From: the human T2T-CHM13v2.0 reference genome, Homo sapiens
Direction: 5' to 3' (one strand)
Assembly (NCBI RefSeq): GCF_009914755.1
Contig: NC_060944.1
DNA: 64,000 nt
In this document: positions 27,110-40,350 of the stretch, in pieces
How positions within the stretch are numbered: the stretch's first letter is position 1
Layout of the letters: each line of letters starts with the position of its first letter
The notes under the pieces: generated by a model
Seen by the model: the letters and a program-made list of their open reading frames with translations, nothing else
Told to the model about the DNA's origin: nothing
The model's database searches: none
Program-made: the position numbers and the translations under genes

Positions 27110-29805
27110 TAGACTTTATTTTTAGAACAGTTTTAGATTTACAGAAAAAATTAGAAGCTAGTACAGAGGGTCCGCATACACCCCACATCCAATTTTTTGT
27201 CCAATTAACATCTTACATTACCATGATACATTTGTCACAATTAATGAACCAATATTAATACATCATTAACTACAATTTCGGAGGATACCCCTCTATTGGA
27301 ATTCGTTTGATGTCTTCTCATGGTTAGACTGGAGTTATGGGTTTGGGGGAAGAAAGCCACAGAGGTAAAGTGCTTTTCCTATTCTTGATTACAGGAACAT
27401 CTTTGGCTTTGTAAGAAACTGGCAAAGTAGCTTTACCAATGTGCATTCACAACAGCAGTGAATAAGAGTTCCTATCACATCATATCAAAGGTACATAGTA
27501 TATGCATGACATTACTGCCTGCCTGCATCAGCCTTGATCACCTGGCTGAGGTAGCGATGGTCAGGTTTGTCTGTTGTAAAGTTACTCTATCTCCCCCTTT
27601 CCATTCTATAATCCACCCTATGGATGGATGACTTCCATCCTGTACTCTATGGAAGGAAGCCACTATGTGTAGTTAATACCCATGGGGTAGGAGTCTTGCT
27701 TCTACTCATGGAATCCTACTCATGAAGGCAGGGTATCTGTGTAAATTATTTGAAATTATCCTTCATTGGAAAATTGTCTTTTCTCCTTGTTTATTTATTT
27801 GTTCATTCATTTAACCATTAATTTATATCAAAATAGGTTAGTGGAGATTTATTTTATAAGTTGAGTTATAACCCATGCCTTTATTGCTCCTTTAGTTGGC
27901 CTCCTTGGCTCAGCTTTGGTCATTAGGAGTTTTCAGTTGGCTCCTGTGCTTTTTGAGATAGCTTTGTCAATGTGTATGTTGTTTTATATTTTGTATGTTT
28001 GTTTGTTTTAAGCACTTTCTTCCTTTTTGGCCCTACAAGCTGCTTCAGACCCATCTTGTATATTACCTCCTCCAGTCCCAGAATGAGCCATTTGTTTAAG
28101 GATCCCTGGTTACTTTTATTGGAGAGTGGCACTAGAAATGAAGATCTGGACATTAGATGTGTTCGTTGCTACTTGGATGCCACTATTTCCAGGCCTTATC
28201 AACTAACAGAGCAAGGGAATATGTGTATGTATGCTAATTCATGTGTATACATATGCCTATGAATATTTTACCTATATCTATATCAAGCTAAACATGAGTT
28301 CCATTGATGTCTCCAACCCTAATCCACAATCATGTGGTTCATTCTCAGCTCCTCCTCTTGCACCTCTGTAACATCCACTCCAACAGTGAGCAACCTGGCT
28401 TCCCCATCCAACAATCATTTAGTTAATTGCTCAATTCCAGTATACATGTAGAGTGACCTCAGGACTATCATCCCAGACTCCATGGGAAATAATTTCACCA
28501 ACTAGTGTATAGTGCTTGTATATCTTTTGCCATTAGTCTTACAGACTAGTTGTTTAGATCAGTACCTTTCTTCTCCCAACTCCTTGTTCAGGGTTGATTC
28601 GTACAGTTGCAGCCCAATTAGATTCTCTTCTCACATGGTTCCTCCCTGGGATGACAAACCTCTTAAATGGTCTTTAAAGCATTTGTATTTTAAGGTTTAC
28701 TCTTCATTCTCTTAGGTTCTATGGATTTTGACAAACTTATAATGTCATGTCTCCAACATTACAGTATCATGCAAAATAGTTTTATTGCTCTAAGATACTC
28801 TGCACTTCATCTATTCACCATCCCTCTCCTCTTGAACACCTGGAAACCACTCATAAACTTAATATCAATACAGTTTTGCTTTTTCTCAGAATGATATATA
28901 CCTGGAATCACACAATATGGAGCCTTTTCAGACTCGCTTCTTTTACTATGCATTCAAATTTAAGCCATGTTTTTCAAGGCTTCATAGCTCATTTCTTGTT
29001 TTTCTCCCCATGGAATGATATTCCATTGTACGGATATACTACAGTTTGTTTCTCCACCCACCTATTGAAGGATATCTTGGTTGCATCCAATTTTGTTTGA
29101 CTATAAATAAAGCTGCTATACCTTCACATGCAGGTTTTTGCACGGACATAAGTTTTCAAATCAATTTTGTAAATACCTAGGAGTACAATTGCTGGATCAT
29201 ATGGTCATATTATGCTTGGCTTTGTCAGAAGGTGCCAAACTGCCTTCTACAGCGGCTGCACCATTTTACATTCCCAGCAGCAGCGGATGAGAGTTCCTGT
29301 TGCTTGGCAGTCTCGTCAGGATTTGGTGTCACTGTTTTGGATTTTAGTCATCCTAATAGGTGTGTAATGAAATATCACCATTTTAGTTTTTAATTTTCTG
29401 ATGGAAAATGATGTCGAGCATCTTTTGATATGCTATCTGTACATTTTGTGCCATGTCTCTTATGATATGTTTTACATTTTAAAAAATTAGGTTGTGTTCT
29501 TATTGTTGACTTTTTATGACTTCTTTGTATATTTTGTATACAAGTTCTTTATTAGATACATGGTTTGCAAATATTTCTCCCCATCTGTGGCTCATCTTTT
29601 CATTATCTTAACAGTGATAATGAAGTTTTTAATTTCAGAGCAGAAGTTTTTAATTTCAGTGCAATTTATCGATTATTTTCTCATAAACTATGCTTTTTGG
29701 TGCTGTATCCCAAAACTCATTGCCAAACCTAAGATCACCTAGGTTTTCTCCTGTGTTTTCTTCTGTAAGCTTTATAGCGATACATTTCATTTTTAGACTC
29801 ATGTT
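27110..29805 (-). mobile_element. L1MC-like 3' UTR and ORF2 C-terminal remnant
   Basis: TTTAGAACAGTTTTAGATTTACAGAAAAAATT..AATGAACCAATATTAATACAT..; ATACCTAGGAGTACAATTGCTGGATCATATGGT. Confidence 0.85.
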
Positions 29806-29810
29806 AGACC

Positions 29811-30140
29811 TTTTTTTTTCAACTTTTATTTAGGTTCAGTGGACATATGTACAGGCTTGTTACATGAATAAATTATGTGTTGTTGGGGTATAGTGCACAA
29901 GTGATTTCATCACTCAGGCAGTGAGCACAGCACCCAAAGGGTGGTTTTTCTTCTCTCACCCTCCTTCCAACCTTCCCCCTCAAGTAGTCCCTATTGTCTG
30001 TAGTTCCACTCTTTCTGGTCATGTGTAGGCAATGTTTAGCTCCCACTTGTAAGTGACAACTTGTGGTATTTGGTTTTCTATTTCTGCATTAATTTGTTTA
30101 GGATTATGGCCTCCAGCTGCAACATGTTGCTGCAAGGGAC
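29811..30140 (-). mobile_element. L1PA16/L1PB-like 3' UTR fragment
   Basis: Poly-T, AACTTTTATTTAGGTTCAG..TTTAGCTCCCACTTGTAAGTGA. Confidence 0.8.
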
Positions 30141-31137
30141 ACACATTTGCCAAGGGGGTGTCCCGGCCTCTCAGTGGTTCCTCTCCTCTTTTTCCAGCTA
30201 TGAGGCAACCCTGCTGTTTCTGAGAGCTCTACAGGAAAAAACTTTCTGAAGACACCTAGGCTTTTAAACATATGTATGTGTATACATATATAGATAGTTA
30301 GATATAGATATAGATATATAACCAGCACACCCATTTAGAAAAGATGACCCAAATTACATCTACATTTAGACCTTGTAGAAACCTTACTATCATGTTAATT
30401 ATCATGCTAATTTCACACTCAAACTGTTCAACTTTCTCCTAGGAGTTTGAAATGTCCCTTGTGCCCCTTAGCAGACAACTGGCCTTCCCCCCAGCTGAGT
30501 CCCTTGGGGAGGGAGAGCTATGCAGCCCTGGGTGCATCCCAGGAGAGGCTGGATTCCTGCCCCGGGGCCACCTGATCTATTTACCTGCTCTAGCAAAGGC
30601 AGTTGTAGGGTTTCCCAGACTAATTATCACCTGATTCTGCAGCAGGCACATTACAAGGTGTGGAGCAGGGGCCATGTCATTCCCGCTGTTGTCTTACACG
30701 GGCAGGACTCGTAGGCTTGCTGTAGAGCAAATCATAGCAGCTCCGTGGTGAAAGGGCACCATCCTACCCTTTAGAGAACATAGTTGTGGATGGAAAAACA
30801 GCCTTGTTCTCAGGAAAATGTCAAATGACTATTCTGAAAGCAAAATAGAAGCTAACTTCAATCTTCAGGAAAATGAGAGATCTGAGATGGAAGTGCCATA
30901 TTTTGCAAAGTAGACAAATCTTTTCCTCTGAAGCTCCTCACACGGTCTATGTGTGAAACCCAGTGAAACCCAAGCTGGTGCCCTAGGCACGCAAAGCACC
31001 TGCCTCAGAATCTACTTTTTGCTGGCTTCTTTCAATCCTCCCAACTTCATTTCTCTTCACAAAACGTGTTCATGGTTTCTGCTCCCAGGACCCTGAATTT
31101 CCACTTATCTAACTCCATCAGTCTAACTCGTCTCAAA

Positions 31138-31227
31138 ATTATGTATATTATATATAATTATATATATTATTATAATTATATTTATAATTATAAATATATT
31201 ATATATGTATATATATATATATATATT
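31138..31227 (+). repeat. AT-rich/(TA)n tract containing a 22-bp perfect palindrome (31177-31198)
   Basis: TATATTTATAATTATAAATATA is self-complementary. Confidence 0.9.
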
Positions 31228-31975
31228 GCTTAAACTGTTCCAGCTTTGGCTGTCGGGAGCTATATCAGTGGGTGCCTGTGCCTCTTGGACATACCCCCAT
31301 CTATGTGTTATTGTTTTTTAACTTTTAAAGTTTTATTTTTTGAGCATTTCTTTGCTTTCTGACACTGTAAGATGCTACAGACTCATCTTTTATATTCTTG
31401 GCACCAGTCCTAGAATCAGCGATTTCTCCTAGGTGCCCTGCTTTCTTTACAGGAGAACGGTATGAGAAAGCAGTAACTGGGCTCTAGGTGTGCTCCCTGT
31501 GAATACTGATTGCTGTTGGCCTGTTCAGCTGACAGATTAAGGAGACTTATATGTGTATACTGTGTATATGCACCTATCTACAAAGATTTCTATGTGTATA
31601 CTAACAGTGTATATGCACCTGTCTATAAAGATTTCTATGTGTATACTGTGCACATGCACCTGTCTATAAAGATTTCTATGTGTATACTGTTCATATGAGT
31701 ATATCTACAAAGATTTCTACATGTTTGCTAACAGTGTATATGCATTTATCTACAAAGATTTCTATGTGAATACTGTGTATATGCACCTGCCTATAAAGAT
31801 TTCTATGTGTATACTAGCTGTGTATATGCACCTACCTACAAAAATTTCTATGTGTATACTAACTGTGTATATACACCTATCTACAAAGATTTCTATGTGT
31901 ATACTAACTGTGTATATGCACCTAACTACAAATATTCCTATATGTAACCATCTGTATATTATTCTACACATGAAT
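31224..31975 (-). mobile_element. L1MC-like 3' UTR fragment hosting a minisatellite
   Basis: TTGCTTAAACTGTTCCAGCTTTGGC..; homologous to 27880-28300. Confidence 0.8.
31550..31945 (+). repeat. 41/45-bp minisatellite, 9 units
   Basis: ATTTCTA anchors at 31586, 31631, 31672, 31713, 31758, 31799, 31844, 31889 and 31934 (ATTCCTA). Confidence 0.95.
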
Positions 31976-34900
31976 GCACAGGTTCAGTGTTTCCTAGGAT
32001 TACCTCCATCGCCTCCCAAATAATCTCCTTGCTCTCGCATCCTCATCTCTCAGTCTGCTTCTAGGGGAGCCCAACTTAACCTAGCATATCTCTGGACCTG
32101 GGAGAATCTCCAGGCCATCTTCCCAAGGATGATTTGAAGTTCTGTCTCCACCCTTTTCCTGACCTCACTGTTTGGTCTTCTCTGCCCCTGCAGGCTGGTT
32201 GGGGGTAGGGCTTCAGGAAGACTCCAGGGTCCCCTTGGGTGGTGATGCCACAGCTGTCTCTTTGGATGTCCCTAGGATATACTGCAGGTTTTCAGCAGCA
32301 CCCTACAAAGATGCACTTTCTTTATTTGGACAAAAATCTTCTGCCAAAAGACTGCTGGCTTCATATTGGCAGGATGCTCAGCAGCCCAAAAGTGGCCCCA
32401 GTTTCCTCATATGCCTTGGCTGTTTGGCTGAGCTCTCCAGATGGCCTTCAGCAGGTCCAACATTACAGGTTGCCTCACTGCATGACACAATCTCTGATAC
32501 ACCCGGACTCTTCTCTTCTGGCTCCTGCATGTCCCTTTCTTCTTCCTGCCTTGGTGACATGGCTCACATTAGTCCTCCTTTCCAGCCCCCATCCCACCAC
32601 CCAAACCTGCCTACCATCCCCTTAGGTGCAACTGAAACCTTCCCTACCAACCCTGCTCCCACCATGACTCTTCATGGAGCCAATCCTCTTGGTTCCATTC
32701 ATGAATGGAAAGTAGTTTTGGTCTCCCATGCTAACTTTGATCCATTGGAAGCAACTATGTGGAGAAGAAGTCTGAGACCAGCTTCGAGCTTATTGGTGTC
32801 AGTTAGAGGTGTCTGCTACCTGGTGAGCAGTAGCCTAAATGAAGCTATCCCATCCCCCTCCTCCAATTGTTCATGTACCATTTAACATGACTCTGTCATT
32901 AAATCATGAGCTCCTTAAGTTGGTCACTCTGTGGTGCATATTTTTTCCTTCTTTGTGCTTCTCTGACTCATGTATCTAGACTTTGATTCACTCATCTGAG
33001 CATAAAGCTGAGTTATGAGGTTTGCATTCATAGATATTTTGGGAGTGCATGAAGCAACACCACTATATACACCTGATGAGCTAAAAATGTGTTCATGTCA
33101 GCTGGTAGCTTACAGAGTGTTAAACATGCAATCAGATATACAGGATTTTAAACCATTTTCCCTTCTGTTCTTTGAGTTCTCTGTTCTACAAACCTTCTTC
33201 TTATGCCATAGCACATTTGATTATGAACCTTCCAGCCAATTTTCCCTAAACTCACAGAGTAAACCAAGAGGGAATGAGCATGTGCACTTGATTCTGATGG
33301 GATATAATTTGAGTTGTTCTTTTAATATTTGAGTTTAAGTCACTCGTTGTGCATTGGACTAAATCCAGCAACACCATTGGTCAATGAGATTTGACTTTGT
33401 GTTTTATATTGTAAAATAAAATGCAACCGACCCCATGCTTTACTTAAAGAAAGGTTTTAGTGGAAGAAAAATAGTAATAATAAACCAACACATTCTAAAG
33501 CCTTTCCTGAACTTCTACTGCAGTTTGTGAAAATGTGATTCATGAGGATGTATTAAATATTAAAACCAGTGTAAGACTTAATCCAAATTTGTAGGGCAGC
33601 TTTGCTTAATTTACTGTCTATCACAAAATTTCCTTTGCAGATGACTTTTAGTCTGCTGCATAAATAATAAAACAGTGCCGACATCCCTCAATTGCTTTAC
33701 CATAGCCCAGTATTAAAATTGAACTTGCCGACATTTAATTCTCTCTAGGATGTGTGTCCCCTTTTCTCTTCTCTCTTTCTTATTTCTTTAACTGGGATAC
33801 ATTATAATTCTATCCTGACTTTATGAGTTCAAGTGCAGAAGCTGGAGGCAGTTTTCAAGAGTCAGGCCCATGTTTGTCTTAACCTTGAAACATTTTCTTG
33901 GTAGCAAAAGGGTAAGTATTCAGACGGACAAGTTCCTAAGAATACTCAAATTGAAGGTGTCACGGAAACAAGGATTTAGCCCCTTTCCTCAGCCCTCTTC
34001 AAAAATCTTGCCTCTATTAATGAACCATATTGCTACTAAATTCAGTTTCATTTCACATTTTCCATGTCGCAGGTCCATCCATCATGCTCCCAGGTGGATG
34101 GAGAAAGAGGTTATTGCACAATCAGAGAGTTCTCTCTGCCAGGGAATTTACTGACAATGTTCACTTGTAATTTTCCTCTTATTAGGAAAGCAGTAAAACA
34201 CTGGAAGCCAGAGGGTCTCCCTGGCTGCAGTTTTTCTTGCCAGGGTGGGTGATTTGATGGAAGCTTCGGGAGACGTGGTGCCTAGGAGTCGCTGATGGGA
34301 GTTGGGCGATTGCAAAGGAGGGACTCTAGCAAACCCTGGTTAAGTACATCTTTAGGGAATGGCTGGGTGAAGGGGGCGTTTCCAGGCAGCCAGAGAGGGA
34401 CCGTGAAGCCTAAGTGCAGAGAGTCGTGCTCAAACTCGCTCATCTCTGCATCCTCAGCGCTCAGTGGAGCACATGGCACGTGTTAGGCACCAGGTGTATT
34501 TTTGTTGGATGGGTAAAGAGAGGAAGACCAAAGGAGACATGGAAAAAGGGCAACCCCTTCTCATCTTCCACAGGTCCCACTGAGAGTCAGAGGACAAAGG
34601 CGAGGAATGAGGGGAAGAGGTTGCAAAATGAGAGGTTCCCATGGCCTCACAGCTCTCCTTCCCCACACAGCAGGGGTTCCCAAACTTGGCTCATGAAGGT
34701 TGAGAATCTGGGTCATCTCAAAGCGAAGAGGACTGCAGGAGGTAGTGAACCACAGGGAAACATGTCTACAAGAATTGGACCCAGTGGAGGAAAGAGAAGG
34801 GAATCTTGTGCCTCTGAGCCTTGTGCTTCCAGGCCCCTGAGAGTCCCTGGCCCTCTGCAAACCCCCAGGACAGAGTAAAGACTGGAAGGACAAGCTTTCC

Positions 34901-34989
34901 CACCACTCCCTCCCTGCAGAGGACTCAGGGAAGATAACCCTGAGTTGTCCTAATTGGCACTCAGCTCCAGTTCTCTCTTCATGTGTTCC

Positions 34990-35545
34990 TTCTCGCATTC
35001 ACACTCAGCAGCATTTATTGAGCACATGCTGTGTTCCCAGCACAGTACTAGACACAGAGAATATTAGTGAACATGCCAGTCCCTGTACTCTTGGAGCTGA
35101 CGACCTTGTTAGGGAAACAACAGATATTGGATAAGTAATGACACATTTGATGAGTATTTCCAAAGGACAGACTACAGTGGGGACTTAGCCTCCAGGTAAG
35201 TTCTGGCTGTGGGAAGAGGGCATGGTAGGGGCTATCAGAGGGTCCCAAAGCAATGGAGAATGTGTGAGAACCACCTCGTTCCAGAGAGCACCTTTCTGCT
35301 GCATGGAAGGGGCTGGTGAGACAGTGGCTGGGTCCAGCCTGGGATGGAAGTCTCCATGAGGCTGCAGCAGTCGCAGGGTGGGGGAGCCCAGCAGGGTCTC
35401 GGATACTGAACTGAGGAACTGTCCAGCCTGAGGGCCAGGTCAGGGCCTCTGGTGCAGTGGGAGAATGAACAGGAAGCTGGTGAAAGCGTCATAGGAATGG
35501 GGCCAGAAGGGGAATGGCAGGGGAGGAGGCTGAGCCCCCTCTTCA
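34990..35545 (-). mobile_element. L2 fragment
   Basis: CATTCACACTCAGCAGCATTTATTGAGCACATGCTGTGTTCCCAGCACAGTACTAG. Confidence 0.75.
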
Positions 35546-35899
35546 AGCCTGGGGCAGGAAGATGCTTAACTCATCCCAGAACTTAACTCCTCCCTCACGT
35601 CTACCTCTGCATCTGGGCAGCACTTCCAGGACCTACTCAGCTTGGGGGCCCTCCCCTGCCCCCTTCTCGTCCCCATTCTACCCTCGCCCTATCTCAGCTG
35701 CTCTCCCTACTTCCTCTGTAGCAGGAGAGACCTGCCTGACTCAGAATTCAAAGCCTAAAATACAGGACTTGATGCAGACGAGCAACTGGCTCCCTTCCAG
35801 GGGCCTGGAAATGCCACTTGTTCTGTGTTTTGATTTGTTTTTATTCTTGTTTTAGTTTCTCTTAAGAAAGTAATGCTTTTCTAGGAACATGTTTTTTCC

Positions 35900-36165
35900 C
35901 AGTGACAGGATAGTATGGTGACTGAACACACAGCTTCCAGAGTGAACTGTCTATGTCCTAACTCCAGTTCTGCCACTTCTTACCTTCACCCTTGGGTGGG
36001 TGACTCAATCTCAAGTTTCTCTGTCTATACGCTCTATACACTGAGGGATCACAGGGATCTTATTTCATAGCGGGGTTATGAGAGTTAAAAAGGTGAACCC
36101 ATATACAACTTAAAATAACACCTGGCACGTAACGCATGATGGAAAGTGTTTTCAATGGTTGTTTT
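35900..36165 (+). mobile_element. MIR SINE
   Basis: TAGTATGGTG..CCAGTTCTGCCACTT..CCTTGGG..CCTGGCACGTA. Confidence 0.7.
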
Positions 36166-37929
36166 CATGAGAACAATGGTCCAGCTCTGAGGTTCATACA
36201 TTGGCCAGTAGGAATATGGAGCCAGGAGGAAATCTCGCTGACTGGCATCCATGCCTGCTGCATTGAGCAGCAAGTCTGCTCAAGACAAAGCAGGACTGAG
36301 AAAATGAGACACCATCCCCCAAACCAAAAAAGAAATATTCCTGTTAGAGATGATGCCATGGGGCTTTACGGGAGTGGCTGAGACCCTGACCATCCTGTGA
36401 TCTAGTTCTGCTGGAGGTCTCTGTGGTCAGGGATCAGGTGAATGTACAAGCATCATAGAAGCAAACCACAATCAAAGCTCTTTCTATTCTCATCCCTAGA
36501 TTTGCCTCTCCTCAAATGCCCCTTTTTTTCTTCTTCTTGGGCCTTAAAAATCTTTCTGCAGTAATAACATATGCAAGGAGGTGGGGACAGCATGGAGCAT
36601 CTCTGAATGCATCCGGGACTGCCTGAGAGCCAACTGCTGGAATGAGATGTTGCTTTGGCTCTGTCTTTAGTCAAATCGTATGACTCGCCCACACTTCCCA
36701 GAGGACTACAGATTATGAGCTTCACCATGAAAGGGGACAGTCCTTTGGGGATGAAACAAGGTGGAAAAGTAGAATCTAGGCATTCCAACATCTAAGTCTG
36801 AGAAGCGGAAAACGAGGAGGAGGCGCTGGGTGCCAGGATGATGCTCTTAGTCACTTGTGTGCCTTCCCTGCTATGGGACGCTCATTCCTGTACCCCAATA
36901 AGAGACCAAATCCAAGTTTCATTAAAATTTCATGAATAGTCCTTGACACAGTCTTCCTTCCACTGTGGCATCTCGAGGGTACCTACATCCTCACCATCCA
37001 GTCTGTGAGGTGTGCCTGACCAGATACACCTCCAAATACAGAAAGGTGACATGTAGGAGGCTAAGGTTCCAAGCTTCTAAGTTGCAGAGTCAGGGCTCTG
37101 ACTCAGCCCTACAGTTGCAAGTTCAGCACCATCCACCCCTCCCCTTTCCGCCTCCCTGTCCTAGTCTAGGTGATTGTGAATTTCATGACAGCCAAGTTAA
37201 ATATGTGAAAGCATGATACACATCAGGGATGTTGGTATAATACTTTGAATATATAATAACAAGAGCAGAGGCAAAAATGGAAGCTATGATGACAATGCCT
37301 TCCCATGAAGGGAACAGGAAGCCACGGGGCTGCATTTCCGGCAGGTTCCTCCCAGACTGTGAAATCTCCTTGTACCTGATCTCATAGAGAGATGCTGTGG
37401 AAAATTATAGACGTGATCAGCTTTGCAATGATAGAAATGCCTTTGGCACCTGCTTCTCTCCTGAGATTCCCTGAAAAAGAAAAAAAAAAAAAAAAACCTT
37501 AAAGCAAAGAGATCCACGTTTGGGTAATTATCCAAGTAGCCAAAGGGGATCCTAGGTCACAGCCACTCCAACTTTTAGAAAAAGGCCAAGGAGTGAATCA
37601 GGACTTCCCATAAACACTTCTCTCTGGGTGCTTTTATACTATTGCATTTCTTGTTGTTCCTGTTAGGACTGGTTCTAACTTGGTTCATTAAGAACATAAC
37701 TAATGAGGCTAAATAGAGACAGCTAATACCTGGGCTTGGTGAATCTGCACACCTTGCCACCTTCTCCTGAACTCTCTTCTCCTTGTTCTCCTGCTCTCCC
37801 TCCTCCCCTTACCTTCCTCCTTCTCCCCTTCCCTCCTCTCCTCCTTCTCTAGCACCATAATTTTTCAGTATCCTCACTGCCAACATCTGTTACTGTATTT
37901 TTACTAAGGTCCATATATTGTCATTCCAA

Positions 37930-38075
37930 TCACCCTTTATTGTTAATTTAATTACACCCTTTGTACAGATGATCTGCCATTCAGAGAGTGACATAGCTTG
38001 CCCAAGGTCACACAAATGCTAAGCAGATAAGTCTAAATTCAAACTTGGTCTCCAAACCTACCAGGTCCACAATTC
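37930..38075 (-). mobile_element. MIR fragment
   Basis: TACAGATGA..CAGAGAG..GCTTGCCCAAGGTCACACA. Confidence 0.7.
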
Positions 38076-39989
38076 TACAAATTCTGAAATCCACCCGTCA
38101 CAATGAAGACAGCCTGGCCCTGATCTGGTCCCATGTAGAGGAGAGCTTGCAATGCAGTGGGAAGGCTAGCACTGTCCCTTCTTACTCCCCTGCAAAGACT
38201 TTCCCAATTGTTGCAGGCTTTCTTCTTTGTCGTGACTGACTCTAGGCCCCAGGACCGAGAGGTCCAGCAAAAGCCTTGTCCCAGATGCATCCCTGAAGCT
38301 TGTCCACACAAATCCTTTGATATAACAGCGCCTTGAAGGGCTTTATATGGGCAACAGTCCACTAGGGGAGCTCCCAACAGCACTGTTGATGGTGGGAAGA
38401 CACTGAAGAGTGCTGAAGAGCTTGTCTGGAAAGGGCTAGAGGAATCGGTGCTGTGGTGGGCACGCGGGAACTCAATGACACTCTTGAAAATGAAATGAGA
38501 TGCTGGTGTGGGAAGCTCCCCTGACGTTCCAAATCGTGGGTATAGTGTGAACCTTTGGAATAAATGAAACATATGCACAGGTGAATACAGACATGGACTA
38601 ACATAGACTTCTAGAAGAAATTACTAAGAACAAAAACAAAAACACCTGCCACTCCTAGGGAGAGCTTTCTTTGGGGAGAAGAATCTAAGGCGAGATGGGA
38701 CCCTGGGGTCTGCATTTGTCTTTTCTAGAGTCACAATAAAACAAAAGTAAAATGACCTCAAGAAAGTCATTTTCTTCCTCTCACTCTCTTGTGTGGGCTG
38801 CTGGCTTCAGCCTGGAGTTGTGGGGTTTGATGGGTTCAGCCCAGAGCCCCAGACACTCTCCCATCCGTCTGTTTCTCAAATCCTCCAGCCCTTCTACCCC
38901 CCGCCCCTGGCTTTGCCTGTGCCAAACCAACCGTTTAGGGTGCTCTTCATCTCCCTGGTTGCTTCCTGCCCTGCAGAGACACCCTTGAGCTTCAGTTGTC
39001 CCCTGCCCACCTGACCTAATAGCCAGTTTCATCACTGTCCCCGCACCCTGTTTCCCTCTTACTTCTCTCCATATGTGTAAGTTCATACGCCCCTGTCCGC
39101 TAACTGTTTATGACCTTTTCCTCTCTCTGTGCTCCACAAGGATAGGACTACCTTTGTTTCATTCATTGGTGCAGAGCCAGAATCCAGCCCAGCATCTGGC
39201 ACCAGGGGGTCACCTGCAAACACTCCTTACATCAATGAATTAAGGGATGGCAGGAAGCATCCCAAGCACAGATCAGGATGCTTCTTAAATATTCAGCTCT
39301 GCAGCTTCTCATTCCTGGTTTTCAGACCTTTCCCTGCCTTGACTTTTAATTCCCCCATCAGGGCGGACAGAATGAAAAGTCTTCTGACACTTGGTTTGTG
39401 GTATAGCCAGAGCTCAGGGGCTTTGCACCGCATGGAGTCCGGGTTTGAATCCTGCTGCTGCCACTTGTCCCAAGTGCTGCTCCCCATGTGTGACTGGACT
39501 GACTGCATCCATGAGCTCAGTTTCTCTTCTGTCAAAAGGGCTCATGCACATTTTCTCAGTTTGTTCTCACCGTGAGGTAAGCAGACCTGCAACCATGTCT
39601 AGTCACATTGTAGGGGGAGTAAGACTGACAATATATTGATATGCTCAAATGTATCATTAAGATTTAACTATGGGAAGGAGGTATCTGTCATTATAAAAAT
39701 AACAAGGCAGAAAAATAGATTATTAGCTTAACATTCACGGGGAAAGACAAAAGGAAATTTCTAAGTTTTGCATTGTTTTGATCACAAGCGTGTATGCAGA
39801 ACACTTCCATAGACACCAGCCAGCCTTGTGACAAATAGCATCACCGCTGAGAACAACTGGATGATCAAGAGCAGCTAAGACCATCCATTCTTAAAAATAG
39901 TAACATGGACACTCAGAGTGTGGGCCTGAGAGACTCTCGAGAGATGCGTGGGCTGGAGAGACCAGGACCGAAGAAGGGCGTGGGCCGTG

Positions 39990-40078
39990 CAGCTGGGACT
40001 CCACCCACCTCTTCTTGGCACCAGTTTCTGAACGTGTGGAAATCAGTTCTTTCAGGGACAGCTCTCAGCCACTGCTGG

Positions 40079-40117
<39 letters not shown>

Positions 40118-40350
40118 GTAAATATTCTGTGTTCCTCATCCCTTCGTGTGACAGCTCGGAGACATTTTCTTTGGTAATTGCAGAGTCCCCACAGGACTGG
40201 GTGCCCTCCTGCTCATTAACTCACCTGTGCCGGCTTGGGTCCCTCCCCACCTCACTTCCCTAGGACCGCTGCGGCTCCCTGGAACCTCTCCCACACAACC
40301 CACAAGCCCTCAAATCTTTATCTCAGAGCCTGTTTCTGGAAGAGCGTGAT
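39990..40350 (+). mobile_element. LTR16/LTR33-like ERVL LTR remnant containing an A35 tract (40081-40115)
   Basis: GGGACAGCTCTCAGCCA..CTCACTTCCC..CTCAAATCTTTATCTCAGAGCCTGTTTCTGG. Confidence 0.55.

Noticed and set aside
32172-32885. 237-aa ORF as an exon or processed pseudogene
   Set aside because: TTG start, no recognisable protein similarity, no poly(A)/TSD; Ser/Pro/Leu-rich composition typical of chance ORFs
38359-38375. CTCF-like motifs (CCACTAGGGGAGCT; also ~39200, ~40415, ~53356)
   Set aside because: Each deviates from the core CCASYAGRKGGC in spacing or key bases; cannot be supported without PWM scoring or ChIP data
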